Origin: Desulfatiglandales bacterium
Lineage (GTDB): Bacteria; Desulfobacterota; DSM-4660; Desulfatiglandales; Desulfatiglandaceae
Length of the DNA: 64,000 bases
Assembly (NCBI GenBank): GCA_963662465.1
Contig: OY759599.1
Span: 4,480,001 to 4,544,000, forward strand
Direction of reading: 5' to 3'
The notes beneath the pieces are model-generated. The model was not told the DNA's origin. It did no database searches and worked only from the letters and a program-made list of their open reading frames with translations. Shown here piece by piece: positions 40,459 to 50,425 of the stretch (position 1 is its first letter; each line of letters opens with the position of its first letter). The translations under genes were made by a program, and so were the position numbers.

Positions 40459-41358
40459 CTAAACAAACGTCGATATCAGGAAAAGGACTCCCAATGTCGC
40501 AACGGCAAGGCCCGATACGATGCCCATGCACTGTTCTACTTTGACGGCCCGTCTTTCCGAAATAAATTTCAGGGAAAAATCCTTTCCCAAAACAACCGCG
40601 ACAATAACGAAACCGATGGTTGCGGCCATTCCCAATGAAATGACAATTCCCAGCAGCAATCCCAGCATGAACGCGTCCATGGACAGACAGAAGAGCAGAA
40701 CCATGACCACGCCGGGACACGGCACCAAACCCACTGCCAGTGCCCAGGGGAGGAATCTTTTTTGACCTGCCATCGAGGGGCTGCCCGCCACGGAATGGGG
40801 CGTTTCGTTTCCGGAAAAAAAACAATAGCCGTTTTTAATAACGATTGCCAGTCCCAGAAGGGAAATCAGGCTGAAGCTGACCAGTTGCGTGATGTAGGAA
40901 ACCGATCCCAACCCCCCAAAAACGCCCTGCTGAAGGATATGGTGCAGAACTAAAACACAAAGGATTCCTGATAAACCGTGGAAAAGGGCAATGAGTGCGC
41001 CGAACAACAACCCGCCGCCAAGGGTCACATTTCCGGAGAGCATAAACGACATGGCCACGGCTTTGCCGTGTCCGGGCCCGGCCGCATGAAGCGCACCGTA
41101 ACCGAATGCCATCAAGATTACAACCATCAGGGGCATGATGCTTTTTTCGGTTTTCGCCTGTCGGATCAAAGCAGCCATTTTCCCCTTGAGCTGTTGTTGC
41201 CAAAGGGTTATTTTCAATAAAAATGAATGTTGCGGCGCCGGGATCTCGGAAACACGTTCAGGGCTCTTTTCGGCCATAAAGGGATTCCGGGAATGTGCCG
41301 TCGTCCCGGTCCAGATAAAGGCGGAAAACAAAAGGAAAAACAGGAGTATTCTAGCCAT
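40459..41358 (-). CDS. Ni/Co transporter (RcnA/HoxN-like)
   Basis: YGALHAAGPGHGK and GLVPCPG motifs. Confidence 0.85.
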   Translation of the reverse strand: MARILLFFLLFSAFIWTGTTAHSRNPFMAEKSPERVSEIPAPQHSFLLKITLWQQQLKGKMAALIRQAKTEKSIMPLMVVILMAFGYGALHAAGPGHGKAVAMSFMLSGNVTLGGGLLFGALIALFHGLSGILCVLVLHHILQQGVFGGLGSVSYITQLVSFSLISLLGLAIVIKNGYCFFSGNETPHSVAGSPSMAGQKRFLPWALAVGLVPCPGVVMVLLFCLSMDAFMLGLLLGIVISLGMAATIGFVIVAVVLGKDFSLKFISERRAVKVEQCMGIVSGLAVATLGVLFLISTFV

Positions 41359-41971
41359 TTTTGAGCCTGAACCTCACGGTGGCTTCATCGGGATAAATCT
41401 GATCGAAGAAATAGGCCTCGGCCTTATTTTTTTCGATCCGGCGGCGTACCTCAAAAGACCGGTGGTTTTTAAAAACGATCGGCTCTTTTGCCATAAATAT
41501 GCTGGTGTAGTATTCCCTGTCATAAACGGATATTGTAACTTCTTTCCATTTACGCGTGGCGCTCACATGGCAGGGGACAAAAAACCGGTAAATCAAAATA
41601 TTATTTTCAATTTCCGCTGAAAAATTTCTAACGTATTTTACCTGAAACGGTTTTTTGTCTATTTTGATATGGGTAAAATAATCAAACTCCCGCAGATTGG
41701 AAAAGGCGCCCGTTTCCAGTCCCGCAATCTCGGACGGCTCAAATCGTCCATTCCGGTTCTTGTCAAAATCCAGAATAATCATACTGCTGAACATCTCGTC
41801 AAAATCCCATCTGATTTCAAACCCCGAAAGGCCTTTTTGATCAAAGACCACCGTGACCCCATTGAACATAAAAACGTGGGGATGCGCTCGGGACAGAGGG
41901 ACCGAGAGTAGCGGAAAAAGCATTAAACCCGCAAGAATCAAAAATATTCGACGCATCATCATTTCGGTCAT
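41351..41971 (-). CDS. DUF1007-family periplasmic protein
   Basis: Signal peptide then AHPHVF, WDFDEMFS, DFDKNRNG, YDREYY. This is the usual partner of the adjacent transporter. Confidence 0.85.
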   Translation of the reverse strand: MTEMMMRRIFLILAGLMLFPLLSVPLSRAHPHVFMFNGVTVVFDQKGLSGFEIRWDFDEMFSSMIILDFDKNRNGRFEPSEIAGLETGAFSNLREFDYFTHIKIDKKPFQVKYVRNFSAEIENNILIYRFFVPCHVSATRKWKEVTISVYDREYYTSIFMAKEPIVFKNHRSFEVRRRIEKNKAEAYFFDQIYPDEATVRFRLKNG

Positions 41972-42094
41972 CCGGATATCGCTTCCTTCGGCAGTTCACA
42001 GCAAAAGAAAACATCACTAAAGATGGCACGAAATGTATTTTAAATGGGATGGGTTGTCAAGACGGCGCATCGCTTCGAGTAAAGCCTGTCATAA

Positions 42095-42108
42095 TTAGAA
42101 ACATCTAA
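42095..42108. promoter_or_regulatory. Possible metalloregulator operator (TTAG-N6-CTAA)
   Basis: ttagaaacatctaa in an AT-rich context upstream of the DUF1007/Ni-Co transporter genes; resembles DtxR/MntR-type boxes. Confidence 0.3.
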
Positions 42109-42117
42109 AAAATTTAT

Positions 42118-42430
42118 TCACATGGTGGGATGTTGGTTTACGATATAGAACGCGAAAATACCATGGCCGCTCCCCAAATCCAGCATTTTCTCAAATCCCG
42201 AAAAACCGGGCAGTTCCTCAAGGATTTCCGCCACCTTCGGTCCAACCGTACCCATGGGCCAGGCAGCGCTGGTCCGAGTGAGTTCGGCCCAGAGTTCCTG
42301 GGAAACAAAATCCTTTTCGGCGCTTTCCCCAATCGGCCCCAATATTCGTATTCTTTCCTGTTTTTCATTATCTTGACTCCCAAACGCTGAAATATAAAAT
42401 CGGGGGGTGGAAAAAAACGCGCATCAGTTT
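42118..42430 (-). pseudogene. Collapsed copy of the methyltransferase plus O-methyltransferase module
   Basis: Its 5' region matches 46488-46540. MKNRKEYEYW is fused to PIGESAEKDFVSQELWAELTRTSAAW...MLDLGSGHG...HPTM. Confidence 0.85.
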
Positions 42431-42763
42431 CAATAAATCGCTCACTTTTCTTAGAAGGCTTATTTTCATGACAAAAATTACCGTTTAAGCCCAAGAATAG
42501 GGCTATTTCGGCATAATTAATTAGGCATTTCAACCAGTTGGCTTGGCCCGACCCGGCCAACACGGCCAAGTGGCCAAGTTCCACGTTGTTCAAACGGAAC
42601 GGCGAGGAATTTTTTCCGGAAACCTCACCATTTCCGAATCGATCTCGTAAATTCATAGGAAGTTCCAGTTTGACATAATGGATCGCCCATTGAATACTGC
42701 GCCGCATTATTAAATAGGGCGGTGCATTTTTTTCTCGACCTTCCCTTAACCGGAGAACATCCT

Positions 42764-43585
42764 ATGATATTGCCTTTTCATCCGTGCATGAACCACGATG
42801 CCCATTACCAGGTTCCACGCCTGCATTTGCCGGTAGCGCCAAAATGCAACTTGAGCTGTCGCTTTTGCGAACGGAACATCGACCCGAAAAATTCTTTGAT
42901 CAGTGCTCCCGGCGTAGCCACTGAAATCATGACTCCCGGACAAGCCCTTGAAAAAACCGGACGGTTTTTAAACCGATGGGGTATGTCTGCGATTGTCGGT
43001 ATCGCCGGTCCGGGAGACCCTTTGGCCAATCCTGAAACCCTTGAGACATTCAGGTTGATCCGAAAACGTTATCAAAATGTGAACCTCTGCATTTGTACCA
43101 ACGGTTTAAACCTACCAGAAGCGGTGTCTGAATTAAAGAGACTCAATGTCAAATATCTGACCGTTACAGTCAACGGCCTAGACCCGGCGATTGTCGCAAA
43201 AATCCAACCCTGGATCAACAAAAACGAGACCTTCTTCAGAGGACATGAAGGCGCCCGCATATTGATTCAGAATCAACTGGAGGGAATTCAGGCTGCTGTC
43301 AAAACCGGACTTATCGTCAAGATCAATTCGGTTGTGGTCCCGGGGATTAATGAGATTCATATTGCCGCCATCGCCCAAAAAGCCCGCAACCTGGGCGCCA
43401 CTGTCATCAACCCCATGCCGCTGATCCCCAGAGGCGGGCTAAAGAAATTTAAAGCCCCTTCCAGTGCACAGATGCGGTTCATATATAAAGTCTGTGAAAC
43501 TCAATTGCCGGTTTTTAAGCTGTGCCGTCAGTGCCGTGCGGATGCCGAAGGCATACCGGGAAAGGAGCGACTCTTATGCCGTTAG
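42764..43585 (+). CDS. NifB-like radical SAM protein (no NifX domain)
   Basis: HPC, RLHLPVAPKCNLSCRFC, VGIAGPGDPLAN, CTNG, KINSVVVPGIN, C-terminal CRQCRADA. Confidence 0.88.
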   Translation: MILPFHPCMNHDAHYQVPRLHLPVAPKCNLSCRFCERNIDPKNSLISAPGVATEIMTPGQALEKTGRFLNRWGMSAIVGIAGPGDPLANPETLETFRLIRKRYQNVNLCICTNGLNLPEAVSELKRLNVKYLTVTVNGLDPAIVAKIQPWINKNETFFRGHEGARILIQNQLEGIQAAVKTGLIVKINSVVVPGINEIHIAAIAQKARNLGATVINPMPLIPRGGLKKFKAPSSAQMRFIYKVCETQLPVFKLCRQCRADAEGIPGKERLLCR

Positions 43586-44436
43586 AACAAAAGAACGTTA
43601 GCCGACGTGCTTTTTTAAAATCTTCCGGGCTGGCCCTGACCGGGACCCTTGCGGTGTCTGCCGTGGCAAAAGCCGGTGAAGGTAAAAAGCGCTCTCTACA
43701 GGTTTGGTCCTGCGGTGGTTTGGCTGAGGCCTTTATTCCGGCAAATAAAAGGTATGAAAAGGAAAATGGATGCGCAATCGCCTACACCGGCGCGTTTGCC
43801 GGTGCCCTTGGAAAAACCCTGTTAGGGGGCAGCGGCCGGACGGAAGTATTTGCGCCGCGCGTTCTGGGTTTGGCCAAAAAATTGAAAGCACAGGGCAAGA
43901 TGCTAAGCTATAAACCGCTCTGCTTTGCCCAATATGGCCTTGTGGTCCCAAAAGGCAATCCCGCAAACATTCAAAGCATTCAGGACATGGCAAAACCGGG
44001 TGTTCGGGTCGTTTTATCCCCCGATGCATCGCCGCCGGGAGGCAAGGCGTCCATGGTCATTTTAAAAAAGGCGGGCATTATTGAACAGGTGCAAAAAAAT
44101 GCCGTTGTACGGGGAGACTGCGTTCAGACCGCTCTGCCGGCCCTTTTAAACGGTCAGGGAGATGTGGCGGTGGCGGAACTGAGACTGACACGCCTGCCCG
44201 AGTTCAAAGGGAAAGTCGACTGGATCGAAATTCCGGAAAAATACATGCCTCCGCCTCCCATGCCCTTTACCATCGGCGTGATGAAATGGGCCAAAAACAT
44301 TGATATGGCGGAACATTATGTTCGGTTTATCTTATCGGCAAAGGGTCAGAGCTGTTTTGAGAAAGCCGGTTTTATTCCGGCCATGTCGGAAAAAGGGAAA
44401 AGACTCAGCGTAAAATACGGAGTGATCGATGCTTGA
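43576..44436 (+). CDS. Tat-exported ModA/WtpA-like substrate-binding protein
   Basis: SRRAFLK Tat motif; LVVPKGNPANIQSIQDMAKPG; FILSAKGQSCFEKAGF. Confidence 0.8.
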   Translation: MPLEQKNVSRRAFLKSSGLALTGTLAVSAVAKAGEGKKRSLQVWSCGGLAEAFIPANKRYEKENGCAIAYTGAFAGALGKTLLGGSGRTEVFAPRVLGLAKKLKAQGKMLSYKPLCFAQYGLVVPKGNPANIQSIQDMAKPGVRVVLSPDASPPGGKASMVILKKAGIIEQVQKNAVVRGDCVQTALPALLNGQGDVAVAELRLTRLPEFKGKVDWIEIPEKYMPPPPMPFTIGVMKWAKNIDMAEHYVRFILSAKGQSCFEKAGFIPAMSEKGKRLSVKYGVIDA

Positions 44437-45171
44437 TGCAATTAAAATACAATGGAAACGGCGGTTGGTCCAGTTGATGTCATTGGCTGTCATGGGTGAA
44501 TTCTCATTTTACGGTGTCTTTCGGTGTCCTTTTGCCGTTCCCTACGTTAGCTGCGGTAATTGTCCGGTCATTCAGTGCCCGGGACGAAAATTGTGGCTGA
44601 CGGTCTGGCTGGTCATTCTGGTATCCGCCATTCTGTTCGGCCGCGCTTTCTGCGGCTGGGCATGCCCCGGAGGCCTCCTCTCGGAAATTCTATCACAATT
44701 TTCGCTGCTGCGAAAAAAAATTACAGGCCGAATGGAGATGATCCTCAGCACGGGAAAATACATGGTTTTGGCGGTAAGTCTTTATTTTGTTTTTTTCACC
44801 ATCAATCCGCGATGGGCCATCCCATAAGGACCGGAGATTTTTTCAACTCCGTCAAACTGACCTTTGAACATGGGAATGGGCTCTGGCTGACCCGGACCAT
44901 CATAGTCCTCGGAGGGTTGGCTCTGTGCCTGCTCATTCCCCACTTCTGGTGTCGGTACCTTTGTCCCACGGGCGGATGTCTGGAAATTTTCCGGAAAATA
45001 TCCATATTTAAATATTTCAAAACTTCCGACTGCAATGATTGCGATGCCTGTTTAAGATCGTGCCATATGGAGACCCGGCCGAAAGAGATCAACTGCACCA
45101 ACTGCGGCGACTGCGCCGGTTCCTGTCCCGTTGATGCCATCAAATTCGGGGTTCGCGACAAATCCGAATAA
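44429..45171 (+). pseudogene. Membrane polyferredoxin (NapH/YccM-like), frameshifted near 44822
   Basis: FGRAFCGWACPGG, FWCRYLCPTG, CNDCDACLRSC, CTNCGDCAGSCP. The reading PRWAIP/IRTG needs one extra C. Confidence 0.85.
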
Positions 45172-45234
45172 CGTGCGAATCGCTGACTTTTATTTCCACG
45201 CATACTCCGGCTTGCTGAAAAAGCGTGCGAGATC

Positions 45235-45298
45235 GGGGGGCAAGTCTACGGTTGGCCTTTGATAATTTTAACAAGAGTCAATGGTAGACTTGACCCCC
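45235..45298. repeat. 64-bp imperfect palindrome
   Basis: ggggggcaagtctac ... gtagacttgaccccc; arms are 14/15 complementary with further inner pairing. Confidence 0.7.
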
Positions 45299-45553
45299 AA
45301 TACGTAGCCTCCAATGCCTTCAAAAGCATGGCTTTTTTATGGGAGGGATGATGACCTGCGACCGAATCATGAGGTGTGGTCGTGATGAATTAAGGCTGTC
45401 GCCCCAAATCCTTTTCAATGGTAAGCTAAAATGCTATGAGCCGGTAAAGGACAATGATTTCTGGTGGTTTGAACGGTGAATGGCCGCACTTCCTTCTCTA
45501 AAAGGAATTTCACTGTTTCGAAATCCAGGCGCAGATACACCCCCTATGGTCGT

Positions 45554-45841
45554 TTATTTTCCGCCACCTTCGGTCCAACCGTACCCATGGGCCGCAGCGC
45601 TGGTCCGGGTGACTTCAGCCCAGGGTTCCTGGGAAGCAAGATTCTTTTCGGCGCTTTCCCCAATCGGCTCCTTCCTGATGCGTTCGGCCAGATCTTTTAG
45701 CGGTTCAATGTTCCTGTTTTCAACCCGTTGAAATAGGGCGCCAATGTAGGTGGGAGAATCTTCCGTAAGCAAAGATTGTGAGACCGGAAGGTTGCGATAA
45801 AGCCCGCTGTAATCCATACTTGTTGCCGGCAGTCTATTCAT
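45554..45841 (-). pseudogene. O-methyltransferase remnant (paralog of 31479-32498)
   Basis: MNRLPATSMDYSG / LYRNLPVSQSLL...EPIGESAEKNLASQEPWAEVTRTSAA, with an internal deletion and truncation. Confidence 0.85.
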
Positions 45842-46481
45842 GGCTTTCTCTCCTTCCTTTCAGACACACAACGTTTGTTTCCTTGCTGATGAGCTTTGAT
45901 TCCTCCACCAAAAATCCGGCCTTTTCCATCAACCCGGCAATTTCCGGCGGACTGACGATCCGATTCTCCCTGGGCGGTATTCCGAATTTCTCCAGATAAC
46001 GAATGCCCATAATAAGCTTTGACCGGAGCGCCATGCCATGGGATGTGGAATCCACCAGCACAATGCTTCCCCCAGGCTTGGTGACCCTGCGGCTTTCATT
46101 CAGAACATCCATCGGACGGCCGAGAATATGGATGACATTCCCTAAAAAAACGACATCGAAAACGCCGTCCGAAAACGAGGTGTGATAACAGTTTTCCATC
46201 TTCACTGTCGCATTTCGCAACGGATCCAGTCTCCGTTTCACAAGCCCAAGCATTTCAAGAGATCGGTCCGTGGCCGTCAGATGCCTGACTTTGCCTGCAA
46301 TAACCAATGAAAAATGGCCGGTTCCGCAACCCAATTCCAACACCTCATCCTTGGCTTTGAACTGGTTCCCGATCCAGTGGTTTGTTGCCCACTGCGTTTT
46401 CTTTCCAACCACATAAGATGTGGCAGCGTCAAAATTACGTGCCTTTTTGCTCCAATATTTGTATTCTTTCTCGTTTTTCAT
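45834..46481 (-). CDS. Class I SAM-dependent methyltransferase
   Basis: VLELGCGTG, FDVVFLGNVIH, RRVTKPGG. Confidence 0.88.
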   Translation of the reverse strand: MKNEKEYKYWSKKARNFDAATSYVVGKKTQWATNHWIGNQFKAKDEVLELGCGTGHFSLVIAGKVRHLTATDRSLEMLGLVKRRLDPLRNATVKMENCYHTSFSDGVFDVVFLGNVIHILGRPMDVLNESRRVTKPGGSIVLVDSTSHGMALRSKLIMGIRYLEKFGIPPRENRIVSPPEIAGLMEKAGFLVEESKLISKETNVVCLKGRRESHE

Positions 46482-46682
46482 TATGTTGACTCCCAAACGC
46501 TGAGATACAAAATCGATGGTGGAAAAAAACGCGCATTAGTGCCTTACAGATCAAATGCTTCGAAAAAAACAAGATGATCAATATAACAAAATGAGTTCAT
46601 TGGTAAAATAACTTAAAACTTAAAACTGCGGCTTGCCGCTTTAGTTTCAATAACATGCGTCTGAAGCCGATAACCCGTTTAA

Positions 46683-47840
46683 TCAAAAATCGGCCGTGAG
46701 TCGCACGCCCAGGATCCACCCCTTTGGGCTGTCGCCCTCTTTCATTACATCCTTCATGTATTGAACATCACCGGTGACGGCGAAAATGTCATTGAGGGCG
46801 AACCGGCCGTAGGCCTCAAACACGTCTGTGCTATCCGCATTCATGTTTCCACCCATCAGATAGCCATAAGCGATCCCGATATTATCCGATGCTCGCCCCC
46901 AGAGCTTTCCGCTGACATTCAATCCACCGGAATAGAGGTCTCCATAAGTTACGGCGGCGGCATCATCCTGCCAGGCAAACCGAATCTAAGTCCCCAAAAT
47001 TTTGCCAAACTGCTGATCAAAGGAGATGGATGCCGCACCCAGCCGCTCCTTTCCGTTGCCGGTCACATTGCTGAAATCACTGCTCGTTGTATCCACGAGC
47101 AACCGGTAGTTCCCTTTCCCGAGACGAAAATCCACAGTGTAACCCAACTGGATCCCAAAAAAATTGTAGGGTTCGTCAAGCGCCCCGGCTTCCCCATTGC
47201 TCCCAACGGCCATGGCCGCAGCATTAAGGGAAAACCCGCCGATACCCCATTCCATCACCACCCCGATGTCATAAGACGGCACAAAGGCATTGGGACCGTT
47301 TACAAAGGTCGCATTCATAAACTGGCGGTACTCATCATTGGCAAAGGCGTTTACGTCCAGATAGTCCGTGGCATCGATGATACCTCCGGTTAAACCCAGT
47401 GTGTGATCCTTGCTGAAACTGAAGGTATGCTTGTACCATGCCGTGAGGAGATAGTCGCGATTTCGGCCGTTGATGTTTTTAACGCCATCCTGAGTATCAC
47501 CACCCCACGAGGCCAAGATAAAGGGAGACCGGCCATCTTCCATCAATCCGTTTCCCGCGCCAAACCCAAACTTGACAAAAAATTCGTCGTTGCCGGTAGG
47601 GCGAAAACCGATTGTGGGCTGAAATGCTAAAAGACCGCTGCCTTCGCTCTCATGGTTCGGGAAATCCGTGATGCTCTGATACTGGTATATCCCAGCAATG
47701 ACGCCGCCCACTGAAAATTGGTCGTTGATTTCATGAGCAAACCCAGTCCGCCCCGGCAAAACAAACCCCAAGATCGTGCATAACAAACCCAGGACCTGCT
47801 TCTTTCTCGCCTTCGTGCCTTGTTGTATCGCTTGGGACAT
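46683..47840 (-). pseudogene. OprB-like outer-membrane porin with an in-frame TAG at 46986-46988
   Basis: Signal peptide, GIIDATDYLDVNAFANDEYRQFMN, and C-terminal DVQY...GVRLTADF. The frame continues through the stop (ILGT*IRFAWQ). Confidence 0.85.
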
Positions 47841-47845
47841 GATGG

Positions 47846-48241
47846 CTAACTGGGATAAAACGGCATCAGTTCGTCGAACAGCTTTTCATCCCGGAACACC
47901 AGACCGCCCCGGCGGGCGTCATTGGCGATCATATCGGAAGAAAAAAGGGAAACCGTCTGCCGGTGAATGCATAGCACATAGTAATCCATTTTGAACAACT
48001 CCACACGATAAAGCGTTTTGGGTTTGGGATTGCCCTTATAACTGTCGGCACTGAGATAAACCCTTCTCCCATCTTTTTTAACCCGGTTCAGGGCCTTGGC
48101 AATAACCCTTCTGATCTCGTTTGCATTTCGCCGCTTACGTCTGACGGCCGGATCGCCGACCCTTTCTTTATAGGAGTTAACCGTGTGGGCGCCGATCGAC
48201 CAGTCGCTATTGACGCGTTTCCTGATTTTAGCCATGATCAT
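47846..48241 (-). CDS. Hypothetical basic protein
   Basis: RBS aggag upstream, co-oriented with neighbours; no recognised motif. Confidence 0.6.
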   Translation of the reverse strand: MIMAKIRKRVNSDWSIGAHTVNSYKERVGDPAVRRKRRNANEIRRVIAKALNRVKKDGRRVYLSADSYKGNPKPKTLYRVELFKMDYYVLCIHRQTVSLFSSDMIANDARRGGLVFRDEKLFDELMPFYPS

Positions 48242-48314
48242 CTCCTTTCAAATCGCCCTTTCCGAAATTGGGAAAGCTATAAAAAGGTAAAAGCGGCGGA
48301 TACGGAATAATCCG

Positions 48315-48500
48315 TCAATCAATCCTGACGATTTTCACCGTACATCCAACCCAGCTGGATGGAAGATATATCCTCCCACTGTTGCAGCTGTTGCAGCTGG
48401 ACTTGACTTGCTTTTCAAGGATCTCTTTGCCGTAAATTTCAAGCCGGGCCCATCCGGATTTCCCTTGCGGTTTGTTGACGACGTATTTTTCCATATTCAT
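48315..48500 (-). CDS. Small DUF2080-like protein
   Basis: EKQVK...NSGRIYLPSSWVGCTVKIVRID; directly follows the flavodoxin stop. Confidence 0.65.
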   Translation of the reverse strand: MNMEKYVVNKPQGKSGWARLEIYGKEILEKQVKSSCNSCNSGRIYLPSSWVGCTVKIVRID

Positions 48501-48950
48501 CTATTGGACTTGTTCTGCAACCATTGCGGCCCAGTCTTTAATGCCCTCATCCGCGTCATCGGGGTCCCCGTCGATCTTCAACGATACAGTCACAAGCTTT
48601 CCGCCCAGTTCCTCCACCTTTTCTTCAATGACATCCACGGCACCGCAAAAATGCTTATAGGAGCTGTCGCCACAGCCAAAAACCGCCACTTTCTTGCCGA
48701 TTAGAGATATTTGATCCATGTTCTCATAAAATTCGGCGAAATCCTCTTGAATTTCGATCTCTTCATCGCCCCAGGTGGAAGATCCCAAAAGAAGCAGATC
48801 ATAATCCCAAGTGAGTTCTTCAACCGAAGTCTCATCCACGTTCTTCAAAACCATATCCCATTCCTTTTCCTCTAAAACATCGTTGATCACTTCCGCCATC
48901 GACTCGGTGTTGCCGGTTGTTGAACCGAAAACAATCAATGCATTACTCAT
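48501..48950 (-). CDS. Short-chain flavodoxin
   Basis: GSTTGNTE, GSSTWG, VFGCGDSSY.HFCGAVD. Confidence 0.93.
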   Translation of the reverse strand: MSNALIVFGSTTGNTESMAEVINDVLEEKEWDMVLKNVDETSVEELTWDYDLLLLGSSTWGDEEIEIQEDFAEFYENMDQISLIGKKVAVFGCGDSSYKHFCGAVDVIEEKVEELGGKLVTVSLKIDGDPDDADEGIKDWAAMVAEQVQ

Positions 48951-49057
48951 TTGTTTCTCTCCCTTGGTTAATTCCCCTACGGAAACATCATCAGGCCATT
49001 TTATTTTCAGGAGTTTTATTAAAAACAATACAACTTAGGCGTTTGCACACCAGAAAG

Positions 49058-49786
49058 TCACATCTTCACTTCGTCCGCATCCTGCAAAAGATCGGATTCC
49101 GATCTCATGCGTGCCACTCTGCGATTGATCCTTTTGATCATGAACCTGTAAACAAACAGCACTATGGCATTGTGGCGGTTTTTATATTTGTCGGTCCCGT
49201 AATAGTCGGAAGGATCACGCCAGACACCCTGGTCTTTGACAACGGCATCCATTTGGACAAATTTTTCTTCTTCGATATTAAAATCAGCGCTCGCCTCCCC
49301 GCCGGAACATGAAATGGAATATCCCGTGTCCCACCCTTTCTCACTGAGGGCATTTCTGCCCGCAATGTAGAATGCCTTGTCATTGATAAACGAATCCAGC
49401 CTGCGCCATGTCCCGTCTATTTTGACTTCAATCCAGCTATGGGAGAGCAAAGACGGCATTAAAGCATAGCCGATTCCGGTGAAAAGACCCCTTTGTATCT
49501 CTTTTTTTATAAGGGAAAAATGGATGCGTGCAGGAATGCCAACGGCCTTGCACAAAGCCAGAAACAGTACACCCTTGGTATTGCATTGCCCCATTCCGAG
49601 TCTGATGGTGTCGGAGGCCTTCACCAAGTCTCCATCTTCTGGAAAACCGAAGCGGATTTCGTCGCGAACATAGTAAAACAGTTTTTCCAGCTTCCCGCGT
49701 AAGGAGGCTTCTCCCCCGACCAGTCTCTCTGCGGTATCGCGAACCAGAGAATGGTCGTAATCCACTAATCCGGATTTTGCTTTCAT
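49058..49786 (-). CDS. Transglutaminase-like protein
   Basis: GQCNTK...ALCKAVGIPAR...HSWIEVKIDGTWRRLD gives a Cys-His-Asp triad. Confidence 0.85.
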   Translation of the reverse strand: MKAKSGLVDYDHSLVRDTAERLVGGEASLRGKLEKLFYYVRDEIRFGFPEDGDLVKASDTIRLGMGQCNTKGVLFLALCKAVGIPARIHFSLIKKEIQRGLFTGIGYALMPSLLSHSWIEVKIDGTWRRLDSFINDKAFYIAGRNALSEKGWDTGYSISCSGGEASADFNIEEEKFVQMDAVVKDQGVWRDPSDYYGTDKYKNRHNAIVLFVYRFMIKRINRRVARMRSESDLLQDADEVKM

Positions 49787-50088
49787 GTCTTGCCCTCATC
49801 TGGTGAAGCCCTTGAAACACCGCTTCAGCGAGCCGATTTCGCCGGCTTCACTGAATTTTTTCATCTCGATTCTCTTATTTTTTTCTTGAAATATCCGGCT
49901 CCATCGGCAGTTTCCCCAAATGCCGGGTAAGCGTACTCCTGAGAACGTAACAGATTTTGAAGGCCGCCACATGGGATAACGTACCGGATACAAACAAGAT
50001 CAGAGAACGTAAAATAACGATCCCCGCGGCAAAAAAAAGCCATCTTTCGGATATATAAGAATAATCATTGGGGCCAAAATGGTTTTAT

Positions 50089-50397
50089 TTAAACAATGAC
50101 TACGGAATTCTCAGCATCCTCATATGGGGTGGGGACATATCTGTCAGCGTTCCAATCATTCGCCCAATCCGTCCCATTCAGAAGATAACGAAACTGGTAT
50201 TCTCTGCCTTTTTCCAGATCAATCACCGCATTGAACGCACCCTTTTTTAATCTTTTCATGGGAGTGGCAGAAACATTCCAGTTATTAAACTCACCAACAA
50301 TATGGACGGATTTGGCGGATTTGGCCTGTTTTTTGTTCAGCCTGAACGTGACTTTACATACAGGCTTTCTCTTAAGGTACTGTCTTTTAACACTCAT
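50089..50397 (-). CDS. Isoamylase early-set/CBM48 domain protein
   Basis: KVTFRL...VHIVGEFNNW...YQFRYLLNGTDWAND...ENSVV. Confidence 0.85.
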   Translation of the reverse strand: MSVKRQYLKRKPVCKVTFRLNKKQAKSAKSVHIVGEFNNWNVSATPMKRLKKGAFNAVIDLEKGREYQFRYLLNGTDWANDWNADRYVPTPYEDAENSVVIV

Positions 50398-50425
50398 AAT
50401 AACCTCCAAATCTAACTTGGGACCT

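Noticed and set aside
42764..43585. Nitrogen fixation cluster
   Set aside because: There are no nifH, D, K, E or N genes and no clear sigma-54 promoter in the window.
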